A DNA stretch of 64,000 nt from Antedon mediterranea (GCF_964355755.1 NC_092670.1:7182201-7246200); one strand, 5' to 3'; positions 24,272 to 39,200 are shown, numbered from the stretch's first letter. Numbers and translations are program-made. Notes: generated from the letters alone by a model not told the origin.

Positions 24272-27200
24272 ATGTTACTAACATTTCTGATTTTGATACT
24301 TGGAATTTCTAATCTTGTCAATTCACAAAGTGAGTATTTTTGTCTAAGTTAGCTTTATAACTGTTTGTATCTATATATATAGATAAAATACGTAAGGGCA
24401 AAATTCGGTAAATCTCGGTTTATTTCTAGAATTTTTACTCACGGTATATAAAGTTGGTTCATACTTTCGGTACTGATTTTAACCATCTGATGTAACCCTG
24501 TTTACTAATTAAATTGAGTTAGGTAATTAGTTATTGACGATTAAAACGAATTTAGGTTCAACGATTTGCCCCAGCTAGGGGTGTTTTCCGATCGTGGTAT
24601 ACACTGTCTAATGGATGTCCATCTTGAAAAATACCCGCCACAAAAATACGAGGAGGCTTCGCATTTTCCTATCTCCTCCTACGATAATTGTTTTTAATAG
24701 GTGAAAACTGGTTGAACAGCTAGAGTACAGCATCATAATGTTGAAGACAGGCCGATTTTCTTTAAAAAATACTATTTTGATAGATTTAATATACGATTAT
24801 ACAAATGTATTGATTTGCGATGAATGGAACATTCCAATCTCTGTTTCACAAGTGTCTATTCCCTCAGGCGTCGTAAAGGCAAGTACAGTACTGTATACTC
24901 GAAATTCGATCCATTTTTGTTTTCAATCTGTGCTGCAGAGGTTGGATATAATTTTTTTTTAAACGGATAATGAGCTAGCGTTTTCACTCGCCGTATATTA
25001 TGTACAAATCTTTATTATTGCAGTTAAACCACCCACATCATCACCTTTCCCTCACTGGCATGAGTAGCGTTGTAAAACCAGTAGAGAATAGGCCTACGGT
25101 ACATCACATGCCCTAAACGCAGAACAACTTTGGTGGGTAGGGTAGGAACCAACATGAATTGGCTCTAAGAAACAATTGAAAACCATTAGGCCTACTAATT
25201 AAGTTGAGTTAGATAATTTAATATTTATTGACGATTAAATCGAATTTATGATTTTTCCCGAATAGAGGTGGTTTTCACAAATTGTTTTACATTATATTAT
25301 AAACATATACACGTCGTAGTGATGTATCGTTACTGTGCTGTACTATTTCAATCGACTAGGACGGTGATAGTTTCAACAAAGTATTACATCGCAATGTTTT
25401 ACTGTGTTTAGTGGTATATTATTTGTAAAACATGAAAGCAATTAATATTTCGTTACTAAATGGATAAAGAATCTATTTTAACATTGTTCCTCTTTGCACC
25501 CATCCTCTTCCCCATCCCTCAACCATAATGTTACATACAAAACACAAATTAAGTTTGTTTAAATTTGACTTAAACAATTGGTCTTATTTTGTGACAAGTT
25601 TCTCTTTCGGAAGTAATAGGGTGCTAATTTTAGTTGAGTACATAAATCACAGTGTCCATTTATTCGTTCCTGTAAACGACATGTATTATTGTCCTGCGGT
25701 ACGTACATTTTGAAATCGTCATTTTTTAACGCTGAAATTATTATGTAGCTATTCGAGAACCATCTGTGGGCACGACCTAGATGGTTTGATAATTGATAAT
25801 TACACATAATATAAACGTCGTAAGTGGTGTATCGTCACATGCCACTGTACTATTTTAATACGGCTTTACCACGTTCAAACACCAGTTCTCGTCAGATCAC
25901 CGAAGTTAAGCAACGTTGGGCCTCTTTAGAGCTTGGATGGGAGACCATCTGGGAATATCGGGAGCTGTGGGGGTAGTAACAAAGTGCGAGGCAGCGAGGC
26001 ACGCGAGGCAGGAAAGGCATGCGAGGCAAGTCAGAAATTTATGCGAGGCATCGTTTTACCATCATCAAAAAATGCGAGGCATCATTTTATCATTTCTCAA
26101 AATTGCAAGGCAGGAAATCACTGAAATTGAAGTAGCCTAGCTAGGCCCGCTAGGCTAGTTTCCTTTTGCACCTGCCTTGTATTTTAACCAACTTTATCCT
26201 GAATACCACAGCTTAGAATTAGTAGGCCTACTTTAATGAAGAAAAATCACATAAAAGTAACAATAAATCCATTAAATTGGTGATTTTACAGACGTTGTTT
26301 TTCTCGCATTTCGCACACTCAATGTTCAATACAGTATTTTGGTTTCTATGGAACGCCAAAAGAGCAAAATTAATTAGAGGGCTAACAACTCTGTGGAATC
26401 CATTTATATTTAACGCATTATTTGGTGAAAATCAAGTACAATTTCAATAGATTTTGTCACTGTCAGTAAGGAAAAATGTTACTGTTGATAAAGTACACGG
26501 TTTCGTTAACCTTTTAAAGAATAAAATAGAAAAATTCATCATAATATCCTTAGTAGGATGTCCTAGGTCTAGACTAGGTAGTGATGTTGATTTAGGATCG
26601 ATTATTATTCTTTGAAAACAGAACAGTATCAGCAGTAACATATTACAACATTTTTATTGAAAAATTCACAAATATATTGAAATAAAACGTGTTTTTCACC
26701 AATAAATGCATGAGAAATTGACGCATTCCACTGAGTTTTAGTCCTCTATTATCGTTGCTCTTTTGGCGCTCCATAGAAACAAAAATATTGAACATTGAAT
26801 AAGTGAAATTCGCGAACAGTGTGCGAGAAAAACGCCTGTAAAATCATTAATTTAAGGATTTATTTGTTACTTTTTATGTGATTCTTTCATTAAAGTAATC
26901 ATGAGGTATACTTCTAAGGTGTGGTATTCACACGATAAAGTTAGTTATCAAATTTGGAGTAAAAATACAAGCGAAGGAAACTAGCGCCAGGTTTATTAGT
27001 ACGTACATGGACAACAATAAATAAAAATCGTTCGTAATATACCTAGCTTACTAAAACAGGAATAGTGTATCATTATTAAATATTACACCAATTATTATTT
27101 TATCAAAATTGATTAAATTATTTTCTACATAGGCCTCTTATCTAAGTTAGGGCTAAGCATATTAGCTAAAGTTTAATTTTAGGCCTAGTATTACAATTGT

Positions 27201-30200
27201 CGGACGTAAGTCTTTTTTCACACGCGCTCGCCTCCAGAATTCTGTCGCAATTTTTGTCTTTGCGGCATGTTATTGGATCGGCATATCAGTTACCTTTTAT
27301 TCACCGCCAGTTATTGAACTTGTCCTGGCAATCGCTGTTCACCTTATTTGCGAGAGAGGTACACGTGTTGTTCCTAGAGAATGGAATGTCAAAAATGTCT
27401 TTGGCACGCCGCTCAGAGAGAAGTCTGTGCGTTGCTGCTGAAACCACGTGCTATAGGAGGGGAATGCACCACAATCCTCTGAGCTGAGGGCTGAATCATT
27501 CCGCTACCTGCTAATTAGTAAAGAGGGATTTTCCATCTCTCGGGTCTACCGGATCTAGGCGCAGGGGTGTGACAAAATATTATTTTCACTCTGCTATGTT
27601 CGAGAGACATGTGAGTGAACACGCTCGAAATGCCAACAAACATTGCAGTCATTTGATGAGTGTGTCGCTATAACAATTATTGTTTATCGAAAGTTGAAGA
27701 CTGTCGTTCAGATTTTTGAACCGTAGTTTGGACACTTTTGTAAAAGTAAAATTTGACACGATATGACTTGAATGAAAAAACAATCGTTACATAAAAATAA
27801 ACAACATGATGAGTGTATAAACGAATCTATTTAGATACGCTTGTATCGATTGATTATTAGGCCTATAATATAGCATAATAGCACGTTAAGATATGCCTCG
27901 CACCTTTTTGAAATTGTAAACTATATGCCTCGCATGCCTCGCACTTTTGGAAATGATAAAATGATGCCTCGCACAAATATTTGGCATGCCTCGCTTGCCT
28001 CGCATGCCTCGCTTGCCTCGCGTGCCTCGCTGCCTCGCACTTTGTCAACACTCGTTCTGTGGTCCCGTTAGGCAGTTGAAATCCGCACTGCTGACTGGCA
28101 GCCCCTGCATCTAGTATCTGCCTCAGATGTATTGGTTTATGCTCTGGTCAAGGTGGGCACTAGATGAGAGAAGCCCTTGATCAATGTTAAGACTATCAAG
28201 GTGATTTAATAGTCGTGTCTTTGTTTGTATCAAACCTGTTAGTGGCGGTAATTATCGCTGTTGGTTTCGATTGATTAAAAATAAATAAACTAAAAAATAA
28301 ATAAATAAAAATTGAGTATGATAATGACAATTTGACGGTATTTTGTTGTTGCTGTCTCTGTTTACTACGGCACATTATTATAAAATAATAATGTAAATAT
28401 GCATATGTTTGTTTGATGTTGCATGTTTTAGCGGATAGTAGCCATTGGTGGCATTTGCAGCTATAAAGAAATTGAATTGAATTGAATTGAATTAAGAACT
28501 ACGTATTTAAACAATATTTTTATTCTATTTTTTTTGTATATCCGCTTATACTTTTAAATATATTTTTAGCATTTATTTTTCTTTCACCAAAATGATTTGA
28601 CAAGATGATAAACATACATTTAAATTTAGATTTAGAGCTATTTTGTGTTTATAGAATCCATGTAATACTCCCTTCATTTTTAAAACTAAGTACAAGCTAC
28701 TTACTAAAATGAATGAACAAAAACAGTACAGTAAAAATGTTGTTAAATCTTAATTGATTAACAAAATATAATGATTTTTATCCTACCATTTACAAACGTG
28801 CATACCCTTTTCAGTAATGGTTTTGCCCATTCGATTACAATGCAATTGGATTTGTCTTTTTTTCTAGTCACATTTGATAATTGTACAGGAGATGAGGGAA
28901 TCAATAACACCGGTGCATTTCCATATGCATACACTATCCCAGTTATTACAGCAACCGTGAATTCAAGTGGTTTAGCTGCAGATGTTCAGGTGACATCAAG
29001 ACCGGCATATGTTCCAGGTACTGTTGTAAACTTTGGGGTAGATGAAGTTCTTAATCTTCAGTATACAGCATTGGCCGCTGGTGAAACGGGTGTTGTGTGC
29101 GAGTTTTCTGTAATGGTTTTCGGTAAGTCTATCATGTTTGTCATATTCAACACAGCCAAACTAAATTACCAGCAACAAATTATTGTTATTGTTATTATTT
29201 ATTTTGTCAGTCAAGTCGTGTCTACAAATTAGTATCATTGTAATACGAGCCATTATAGTAAATTATCTTTTCACAGTATTATCCTATCTAGTTGTAAGGC
29301 CTAAATAAACATTATTAGTTCAGTTAAGTTTAATAAAATGTATTTAATATAAATGATAATAATAAAGATATTAAAACAATATTAGTAATAACAGAAAAGC
29401 AAACAAAATAGAATGAAATAAAGAACAACAGAATAATTAAAAGAAAAAATATTACGATCAGGGATTCTTGTGTCATCTTGACCCTTGACTTTACAAAGTA
29501 AATATAACAAAATTAAAATAATATCCAAATAACAATATTTTCTAATTATTCATAATAACGAGACATATATAATTTTTATATATCTAAAATGTTATAGGCC
29601 TGTATAAAAATATGTAACAAAGCAGATTGTTTAATAGCATTCCATAAATGCGGACCTGGTCTGTTTTTACTGTTTACGCGACTGCAGCCATGTTGTTAAA
29701 CATCAGGAATGTATTGAAGTGATAATAACATGTGTAGAAAAGTCATGCGTATTATGTTATATATATATTTTGTAATTTTTTTTGCAAAAGTTAAAAAAAA
29801 ATGATTTAAATACGTACACATGAATTTGTATGTAACATTTTATATTATGTGACTCAAACTGTAGGAAGACAATGTAATTTGTTAAAAAATAATGCATTTT
29901 ACATTTCATTGTAAATTACAAAATCGTATTACTTAATTTATATGATTTACATTATTGCTTTTTAAAAGTAACGTTAATCGTTAATTATATTGATTACTGT
30001 AGGTATTGGATACCATGGGCCGGATTTATCAAACTTGCTTAGCAAAAAAATCATCTTAACTTTGCCTAAGTCAGATTTATCAATATATTTAAGCAAAAAA
30101 ATTTGCTTAATTTTGTCTTAAATCTAAGACGAACAACACCCTGCCTTAAGATGAAAAATTTCGTCTTATCTCATTTCTGCAACAGAAACATTCTTTTTTG

Positions 30201-33200
30201 ACAACGCGAGCGCGCTAGGCTGGAACATTGAACATTCAGAAAGGCTACGCTAGTGCGTTTTACGCTCTACTACGGACGCTAAAAATAATGATATCGATCT
30301 TCATAAAGATGGCCTAGAAATTGGACGAGCAAAACTAACATTTTCGGGATAGGTACGACCCAATTGACTAGCTTTTAGAAAACTGTATCGACTGCCAAGG
30401 GTCGCTGTCATTGATAAAAATAAATAAATGTTGATTTGATTTAAGTTTAGAGCGAATGATTTTCGTATGTATTTCCGACTGTTGTGCTCTTTCTCTATTT
30501 CAAGTAATAAAAACAATAGTAGCCAGAATGCTACTCTTGTTGGGAGTGAAAATACGGAGATAAAATGTTATAGCGCGGCCGCGTAATTTTTTTTTCCAGG
30601 ACGAACGTGGGCAGAAATCATGAATAATTCATGATTAATTATGACATAATAGGGAACATTATAGAGGGATAATTAGTGTAAACAACGTCTGCCAACCGAA
30701 ATGTTTGGTCTAGTGGTAAAGGCTTTAACCTATTACGCTGAAGCCCTTGGTTCGAGGTCTTTCATGAACATGTTTTTTTAATAGTTGAGAGAGATTATTT
30801 AGAGGGTTAGGTTTAGTATTTTTAGGAAGTAGATCAGCTATCTTTAAATTCTTTATAATAGAAAATAATTAAGGTAATGAATTATTCATGACTTCTGCCC
30901 ACGCTCGTTTGTCCTGTAAAAAAAAAAACACGCAGCGCGGCCATCGCTAAGAGAAAAAAGCTAATACACATGCGTAAGCAAGAATTTTTCGTCTTAAGAC
31001 ATAATTTGCTGCCCTCTAGAGTTTAATTTTGCGCATGTGCAAAGTAAAATTTACCTAAGACAATTTTTCTGCTAAGACGGTTTGATAAATAAGATTAAGT
31101 TATTTGCTTAAGCACTTCTTAAATATTTCAGCTTAAGCAAAAATATAAGCAAATATTGATAAATGCCAACCCATATTATTATGTTAATGACATATTTGAG
31201 TGTACTTTAGCTGTTAGGATGTTTGAATTTTAGCAGCATTGTTCGTCGCCCAGACATAGAATCTGCCAAGGGTCGAGCGAGGAATCGATTGATGATACAC
31301 CGAAAATCAAATCTCTCTCACTGTATACTATTCAAAAAACTCTTATTGATGTTACAGTGAATGCTTTTGTAAATATAAGCAAGAAAGTGTGAAATTATAA
31401 TCTCACATATACGATACTTTGTTTAATATTAAATTATGTACATGTCATCCATTACTGTAGATATTGGAAACCCTAATGTGATTTCCTATCCTGTTAACGT
31501 ACTATTGTCTACGGATCCTGGACAATCAACAGCTTTATATAACTGGACAGCTCCATTTGCTATTGATAATTCTAATACAGTCATAGTCTCTTACGAAACC
31601 AATGGAGTAACGTTTAGCAATCCGTCGTACAACTTTCCTATAGGACTCCGTGTTGTAAAAGTGAATGTTTCAGACCCATCTGGAAACAGCGTTTCAGGGA
31701 TGTTCACAGTCACTGTGGAAGGTATTTGTCTAATTATTTGACAAGAACATTTGCATTGCAATCACAATGGTTTTGAATAGAAATAAAACATAAAGGTCTT
31801 ATAAAAGTGATATAATAATTCATTTTTTAGTTTTTAAAGAGTTGTTTGTTTTAGAGATTCTGTGTATTTTTTTTTACAAATTGTTGGTACAGTTTGTTGG
31901 TGATAATATAAATGGTTTGATTTGTGTTAAAACTAAAACTATTTTATAATTTATCATGCTTATAAGCTAAGTCTCATTTGAGGCTTAGGGAGTGGAGTAA
32001 AAGAGTCGTGAGTTAAAACCCGGCCACTAGGTCTGAATTGAACCATGAACCTTGGAATTGGAAAGCAAGTACGTTAACCATCAAGCTACATCTCTTCTAC
32101 ACATTAACCTTAAATATTTTTTTTATTTATATTTAGTAGAGAGGAAATATATAATTAATTAAAATGTATAATTTGTTTTTTTTTACAGATACAGAGGACC
32201 CCAGTATCATATGTCCAACAAATTCTACAAACTCTTTTTCCAGCTTTAATGCAGACATTTGGACGATACACACAGACAGTGGTGAAAATTTTGCCACGGT
32301 TACCTGGGATCCACCTTCAGTCAGTGATAACAGTGGAGACTCTACTCTTTCTGAACCAACATTCAGTTCTGGAAACATGTTTAACGTTGGAGTAAATTAC
32401 ACAATTGTTTATAATGTGTCAGATCCTAGTGGAAATCGGAATACTTGTTCATTTACAATTAGAGTTGAAGGTTCGTTTCATATTTTTTTAATTGCTAATT
32501 GACAAATCTAACAACGCCACTAGTTGAAAACATTTTGGCTAATGTAGCATGAAAAAACATGTTTATAAATGTACGTATAAAACTACCTAATTACTATATT
32601 TATGAAAAAAAATTAAAATAGTTGAATTTGTCCATGTTTGGATTAAATGGTTGTAATTATTTATATGTGATTCGAATGTTGCATTCTTAGGATACATCGA
32701 CGTTATTGTTTCTTTGATATTTACGGTGGTTGATTGATATTGATTGGTTATTGATTCCTTTTTGTAATTAGATCATGAGGGTCCAGTTATCACATGCCCA
32801 ATGCCGTTAACTATCAGTAACACTCAAGATGCAAGCAGTGGAATTGCAGTGTGGGTAATACAAGCAACAGATAATGTAGAAGTAGCAAGTCTTTTAGAAG
32901 ACTCAAATGCAATTGGTTCATTTACACCTGGACTGAACACCTCGACACATTACACAAAAAGTGTTAGAATTGGTGCTGTAACTGTAAACTTCACAGCAAC
33001 AGACTCGTTTGGTAATATAGCTGAATGTAGTGTACATATAATTGTAAGAGGTATGTTATTCTATGCATTGTGTTGTAGTCACCTTAACTGAACCATGAAA
33101 GAAGTCCAACGATTTCTTTTCCAATTTCTTTTTTCTATGTATTCCAACTCATGGGGTTTGAAGTTCAGAAAAAATTCACAAAATCGTAATCTATTTGTTT

Positions 33201-36200
33201 AATGCTATTATGAAGATATCAAGTTGAACTTATAGGTCTCACTACTAAAATAATAACAATAATTGTATTTACAATATTAATTGTACAATTTCACACTTGC
33301 ATACTAACAAATATATGTATTTTGTATAGGCCTATGTGTTTGTTAAATATAAAAAAAAAAACAAAAAAAAATCAGCTCCTTTTTAAAGGTATAATACGTT
33401 TTATCTCAATAGATGAACAAGCTCCCCATATTATTGATTGTCCTATTGATTTTACTGCTAACACAACGACTGGTGAGGTATTTGCCACTAATATCACATG
33501 GGTGTCACCAACCTCTACTGATAATTCTGGGGAAACTCTTCAAATAGAATCGGAATACACTTCTGGTGATAATATGTTTCCAATTGGTAACACAACAGTC
33601 CATTACAATGTCTCAGATTCATCTGGTAACTTTAATTATAGCTGTAGTTTTGTTATCACAGTTGAAGGTATGTCTACTGCACTCTATAGGAGATTTTAAT
33701 TAAAATACAATTTTAAAAAATTCAATCAATAAATCAATATTGATTGATTAATTATTATACAATTACCGTAATATTGCGTTTACACTGGTATTTTAAATTA
33801 ATTGTGAGGCGATGATATACCTACATGACCTAAGTATCAGATCCATTTTGAAATGTGGTAGAGGTGACACATTGTGTGAATTGAACATAGGGAGACGCCT
33901 AGATAGATTCTCCTTCATGTTTATATTAATATTCTTTGCTATATTCAGTTTCTTAAAAGTTTTACCCTTTTTGTTATTAGATAATGAACGGCCAATGATT
34001 GACTGCCCAACAAATGTTACTTCAACGAATTACATTGGAGAGGGATTTGGACTTTTAAATGTCCGGACGGATCAAGGAAGTCAGAATTCAACAGTTACAT
34101 GGGATCCTTCTGTGACAAGTGACAATAGTAATGAAACAGTGACTGTATTGTCATCACCATATGAGTCAGGTGACATGATACCAATTGGTACTCACACAAT
34201 CACTTTTACAGCAACTGATCCTTATGGCAATTTTGACACCTGTGACTTTTATATCGTGGTTGAAGGTAAATAAAATAGCTGTTTAAAAAGAATAAAAATT
34301 TAGAAAATTTGCAAATTATGAAGTCTTCAGATACAAAAAATCCATTATTTAAACATTAATTAGAATATTGCATGTTAATCAAACTATACATATACATTAT
34401 AAACATCATTACATTTGTCGTTACATATTTACATAACAAATGACTAGATATTTTATATTAAAGGGTTAGGATTTTCCTATCTTTTTTTTTTATCTTTTCA
34501 CTTATTTTAATTTGATATGGTTTGGGTTTTAGTCTATCAATTTATGTTAATTACAGTCTTTTTTTATAAACTTTGTTTTATGAAATGCTGATTATAATGA
34601 TAAATATTGTTTAAATATGTAGATGTGGAGCCACCTACTCCGATTTGTCCTTCAATAATTTATGGTATGATTGATCCTGAAAATCCCAATGTCACTGTCA
34701 GTTTCAACATTACTGTAGTGGATAATGTTCTTGTTACTATGTTTGATACCAACTATACATTAGTCTACAACCCAAGTAGAATTATTGACTTGGTTTCTTA
34801 TAACTTTGAGAGTACTGGTGTATTTCCAATTGGAGAAACTATAATTGAATACACATTCCTTGACAATGCGTCACCAATTTCAAATCAAGCCTCGTGTTAT
34901 GTTAAAGTAATAATTACAGGTATGTTTACTGTTTTCCCATTTCTTTATATTGCTTTATATGTTAGTTTTAAAATTATATCAATACCCAAGATGCAACTAA
35001 AAGTGCAATTATAAAAGTTTCTACATGAATGAGATGTAAATACTGATATCCAATATTAGTTTATGTGTATGTGTACTGCAATTTCTTTTGTGACTCGATT
35101 TGATGATAAAATTAATCAATCCGTCATGAATCAACAAATATTTAATTATTGATTCAGTATACCATCATATTGTATCTACTTTGCACGACGATTATTTAAC
35201 CAAATCCAATTTAAAAAGGATGAGAAATAAATGCGTTATCTATTTCAAAATCATTCCAACCATAAAAACGATAGAAACAGTGTTCTATACATTTTGAAGA
35301 TCAAGTAAAATAAAACAAAGCATGAAAGTTTTGTATTCAAGATATTACAGTATAGTTATATCTTACAAGGAGAAAGTATGGTAGTAACAGTAAAAAAACA
35401 CATAGATGGATTTAAGGAAAAAAAAGATTTGAGGCAAACACGATATTTTTTGGCATAATGACTAGTTGTAGGCCCATAGTTTATTTTTATTTTTACTTCT
35501 TTACATATTCATTCAGAAAAAAAAACCAGCAAAAAATACCAAATTAACACGTAAATGTATATCATTAATTTATGTATTATTAATTGTCCAATGCATATGA
35601 CTGTTAACAAAACAACTGGTGGGCATCTGCATTCGATGTTACATGGATGGAACCGACTGCTACCGATAACTCTGAAGAGACTCATGTAAGCCTATCAGTA
35701 GCACACTACACTACGGATCCATTATTTAATTTTAAATTTTTAATCTTAAATTTAAAATTGCATCTAGGCCTAAACGTTAAGAATAGTTATTATGATTTCT
35801 TGTGTTCTTAGGTGGTCCATGTGATACTGATCTTGTGCTTACAGAGTGGCAACGTAGTATTCTATATGACCTTGGGTCTGAGTCTCCAATATCTGATGAT
35901 TTTATAATAGATGGCTGGTACAAGCTGAGAAATGAGGGTGAAAGGATCGATATTAGAATGCCAACCTCAACACCAGGAAGTTTTAAATGTGGAACTTTAT
36001 TCCCAGTTTGGATTGATGGTTTGTTAACTGCTTTTTAAGTTTTATGAATCCTAACTAGATATGAATTATACTCAATAATTCTATAATACAAATATTTTGT
36101 AAGGAACTCCTCCTTTGATACCTCCCTATCTGTCTCATGCATTCCGCAAAACGTAGACTGAGTAACATATCTTAGAAAGATTTAAAAACACAATTTCTAA

Positions 36201-39200
36201 TTTGATCGGTACATTTTTAACCTTCAGCGGGGTCAAAGTAATTAGAATTTTTGTATTTCTACACTTCTTAATATTAATTGTGTTAATTCTGGCGATCTAT
36301 TTGATTATATATGGATGAATTTACTAATTCCTCCATGATTATACTGTAATGTAATGATAATAATAATTATATTGTGTTGCAGACAAAATAATAAAAAGTG
36401 GGCCGAAACAAGTTTTCCAACGGCCACGACGTTCTACAATCTCATTAGTATAGTAAATAATAAACATTCAGAGAACCATCACTTCCTAGTTATGAATTTT
36501 TTTTTTAAAGAAAATGTAGATGTTCGTGTAATTAATAATAATAATAGTATATACATTGTTATTCATGCTTCTAAAAATGTGGTAGAATATCCTTTAGTAA
36601 ATAATGTTATTTGTTTACTTATTGAACAAGAAAAGTCGTAGTAAGTGTTTACGTTGTGGGTATAACATTATTTATGCTCTTTCAGGCTTAGATTTTGAAT
36701 AGGTTTCATGATCACAGTTATCGGTTAACTGTTAATGGTGGGAGCAACTTATCCTGAAAAATAAATATGCTTGAATTAGAACTAGCCAGTATTTTGTTGG
36801 TACTTTGCACCATGTATAATTATAAAAGTTGATACATTTTAGTTTTGTCCCCTTGAAAAATAAATTTGTAAATTGTTGTTGTTAAATATGCTATTTTAAT
36901 GTCACATAAAATGTACTTGCCTGAAAAAAAACTGCAATTTAAAGCAAAAAATTGTCAAATTGGCTGCGAGCCAATGGGTTTTTGGTTGAATTTGACCATT
37001 TATTTTGTCGTTTTATATGAGAAAATATATATATTTTTTTTACGGAAGCGATTAACTTGATTAAAACTACTGTACAAAATAAACTATTCAAAGCCTCATT
37101 TAATTAATTTTCATTTTTCATGTTTTGGGGGACAATTATTATATCTTTAAGCCTTTGTGCAATATCAACTTTAATTTTTATATATTCCTTTGTGATGTTA
37201 ATCTGTATTAATTTTGTAATCTCAATGTTTTTTAAAAAAAGGTTTTTGTTTTATTTTTAATTCAACTTTATCTTATTTTGTAATTTTGTTCTTTTAGTAA
37301 TTTTAAAGATGTTAGAACGTTTAAATGGTATTCCCTCTATAAATCTAGTAAACTAAATAATTGTTATTTTATTGACCTAATTCTATAGATACATATCCAG
37401 AACTTGGAGATCCAATCAAAAGTGTTACTGGCTGCATAGATGTCAATGGAGATCCGTGTGCCCTCACTGTTCCAATTTCCCTTCTTGCTTGTTCAACTGT
37501 AAATAATGATCTGTATTTTGTTCATTATTTTGTTGACACTCCTGGAACCTTAATGGGATATTGTACAGGTAAGAATAGTTTTGCTCAAACGCTCTACGTT
37601 CGCTTTACATGACGATTGATCAAAATTGCATATATTTCTGAATATAAGGAAACTACTAAAAAATATGTTCAGTGCTGTATCTCTTAGAAAGAATATAAGA
37701 AATTAAGTAATGAGAGGTATCATAACAATGTTAGTACTAGTAGCCTACCAATGCAAAATAAAGTTTATTTTTTACAATTTCAGCTGCACCTTTTAACAAC
37801 TTTCTTTGCAATACCATAACATTTCTACTACTACTCTTTTTCTTATTCTTTACTACTCTACAACATGTATTTATTATGAGGGCGTGTGGCGCAGTGTGTT
37901 TGACGTTGAACTATCGATCGTCAGTCCTAGGTTTGAATCCAACTCTCGCCGCATTGCTTGTATCCGTAGGCAAGATATTTTGCTTACGTTTGCCTCTCTC
38001 CACCCAGGTGTATAAATGGGTACCCGGTTAGATCAAGACACGTTCAAGAGTATGTTTCCATACGTGTTTGATCAACAAAAAAATACTTGGGTAATAATGC
38101 CTGTAAAGCGCCTTTGAGCATGATTACTCATGAAGAGGGCGCTATATAAGTGTGGTATTATTATTATTTTGTTTACGACACATTTTTAATATGTACTGTG
38201 GCAACATTTTTTATATCTGCTTGTTTAACACCCTTTTTATAGCCTTTGATGATCAACTTTATAAATTTATGTACATCATGCAATTCAGCTTTTGCCACTG
38301 CCAATTGTGATTCTGTTTTTCAGATTCGTTTTTACCTTGTAAAACTAACTTGACTTCATCACCTGAGTTCCCACCATGTGATGGTAAGTTCTGCATTCCA
38401 TTTAAAGATAAAAGCAAAAATTGCATATATAGGCCTAAAGTTACGATTATTAGAGAATAAATTATCGTTATTTTTTTCCAAGCTGACATGAAAATAATCT
38501 ATAGTTTTAAATACTGTAACATGGTATACAAGTATACTGTGATTATAAGTGTTGTTCAATTAAGTTTTCATTAATTATTTATTCTCAAAAATGATATAAC
38601 ATCGTTGAACGATATATTGACGTTTAGACTAAGTGGAGACTTACGTTAACGTATGGCGTAATGACCTTGGGATCTGACCTTGCCCAGTCAGCCTTTGCTG
38701 ACTGAGTTCTATTTTATAGACATTTTTTTTTGGCACAACGCAGCTATTTTTTTAATTACAGAAAAACAATTACTCTTCTTCGTAAAAAAGTTGTTAAATC
38801 TCAATTGATAAATAAAAAATGATAGAACATCAATGAATTATACTATTGGTCAAAAGTTTCAGCTCAATCGAAGCAATTTTGAAAAATGTTAGATTGACCT
38901 TGAACTCGTTTTTTCTTATACCGATTTGCATACACACACCAAGTTTGGAGACTTTAAGAAGAATTTTTATTATTATTTTATACGATAATGAACAAATAAA
39001 GCTATTCAGTATTTACCCAATTTTGAGCTCGATCGGAGCATTTTTTGTTAAAGTGTACCTTTGACCTTTGACATCGAATAAAATTGAGTAGCACCTTCCG
39101 CGATATCGGTTTCATATTCAACACAATTTCGATTGCTTAACAAAACGGAACAGGTGGGAATGCTTTTTTATGCTTAAGATTGTTTTCAATTCCCAAGTTT

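Larger units (their letters stand above)
25859..28310 (+). mobile_element. 5S rRNA-derived SINE (SINE3-type), about 360 bp when reassembled, split by a nested DNA element
   Basis: 25859-25970 resembles 5S rRNA (TACGGCTTTACCACGTTCAAACACCAGTTCTCGTCAGATCACCGAAGTTAAGCAACGTTGGGCC..CTTGGATGGGAGACCATCTGGGAATATCGGGAGCTGTGG). The body resumes at 28063; 28230-28274 matches the LINE tail 10056-10100 at 43/45 nt, followed by an A-rich tail. Confidence 0.82.

Noticed and set aside
25859-25970. Functional 5S rRNA gene
   Set aside because: Several substitutions, missing 5' bases, no oligo-T terminator, single copy, and it continues into a SINE body with a LINE-derived tail.
25971-26110. CRISPR-like array (also considered for 51347-51415 and 23411-24165)
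   Set aside because: No constant repeat with unique, equal-length spacers, no cas genes, eukaryotic context.
25916-28051. ORFs 25916-26140 (+) and 27863-28051 (-) sharing [11 protein letters not shown]
   Set aside because: Both are translations of the two TIRs of one element, not genes.
30700-30765. tRNA gene
   Set aside because: A/B boxes are present but no acceptor stem or cloverleaf can be formed; it lies inside a MITE.
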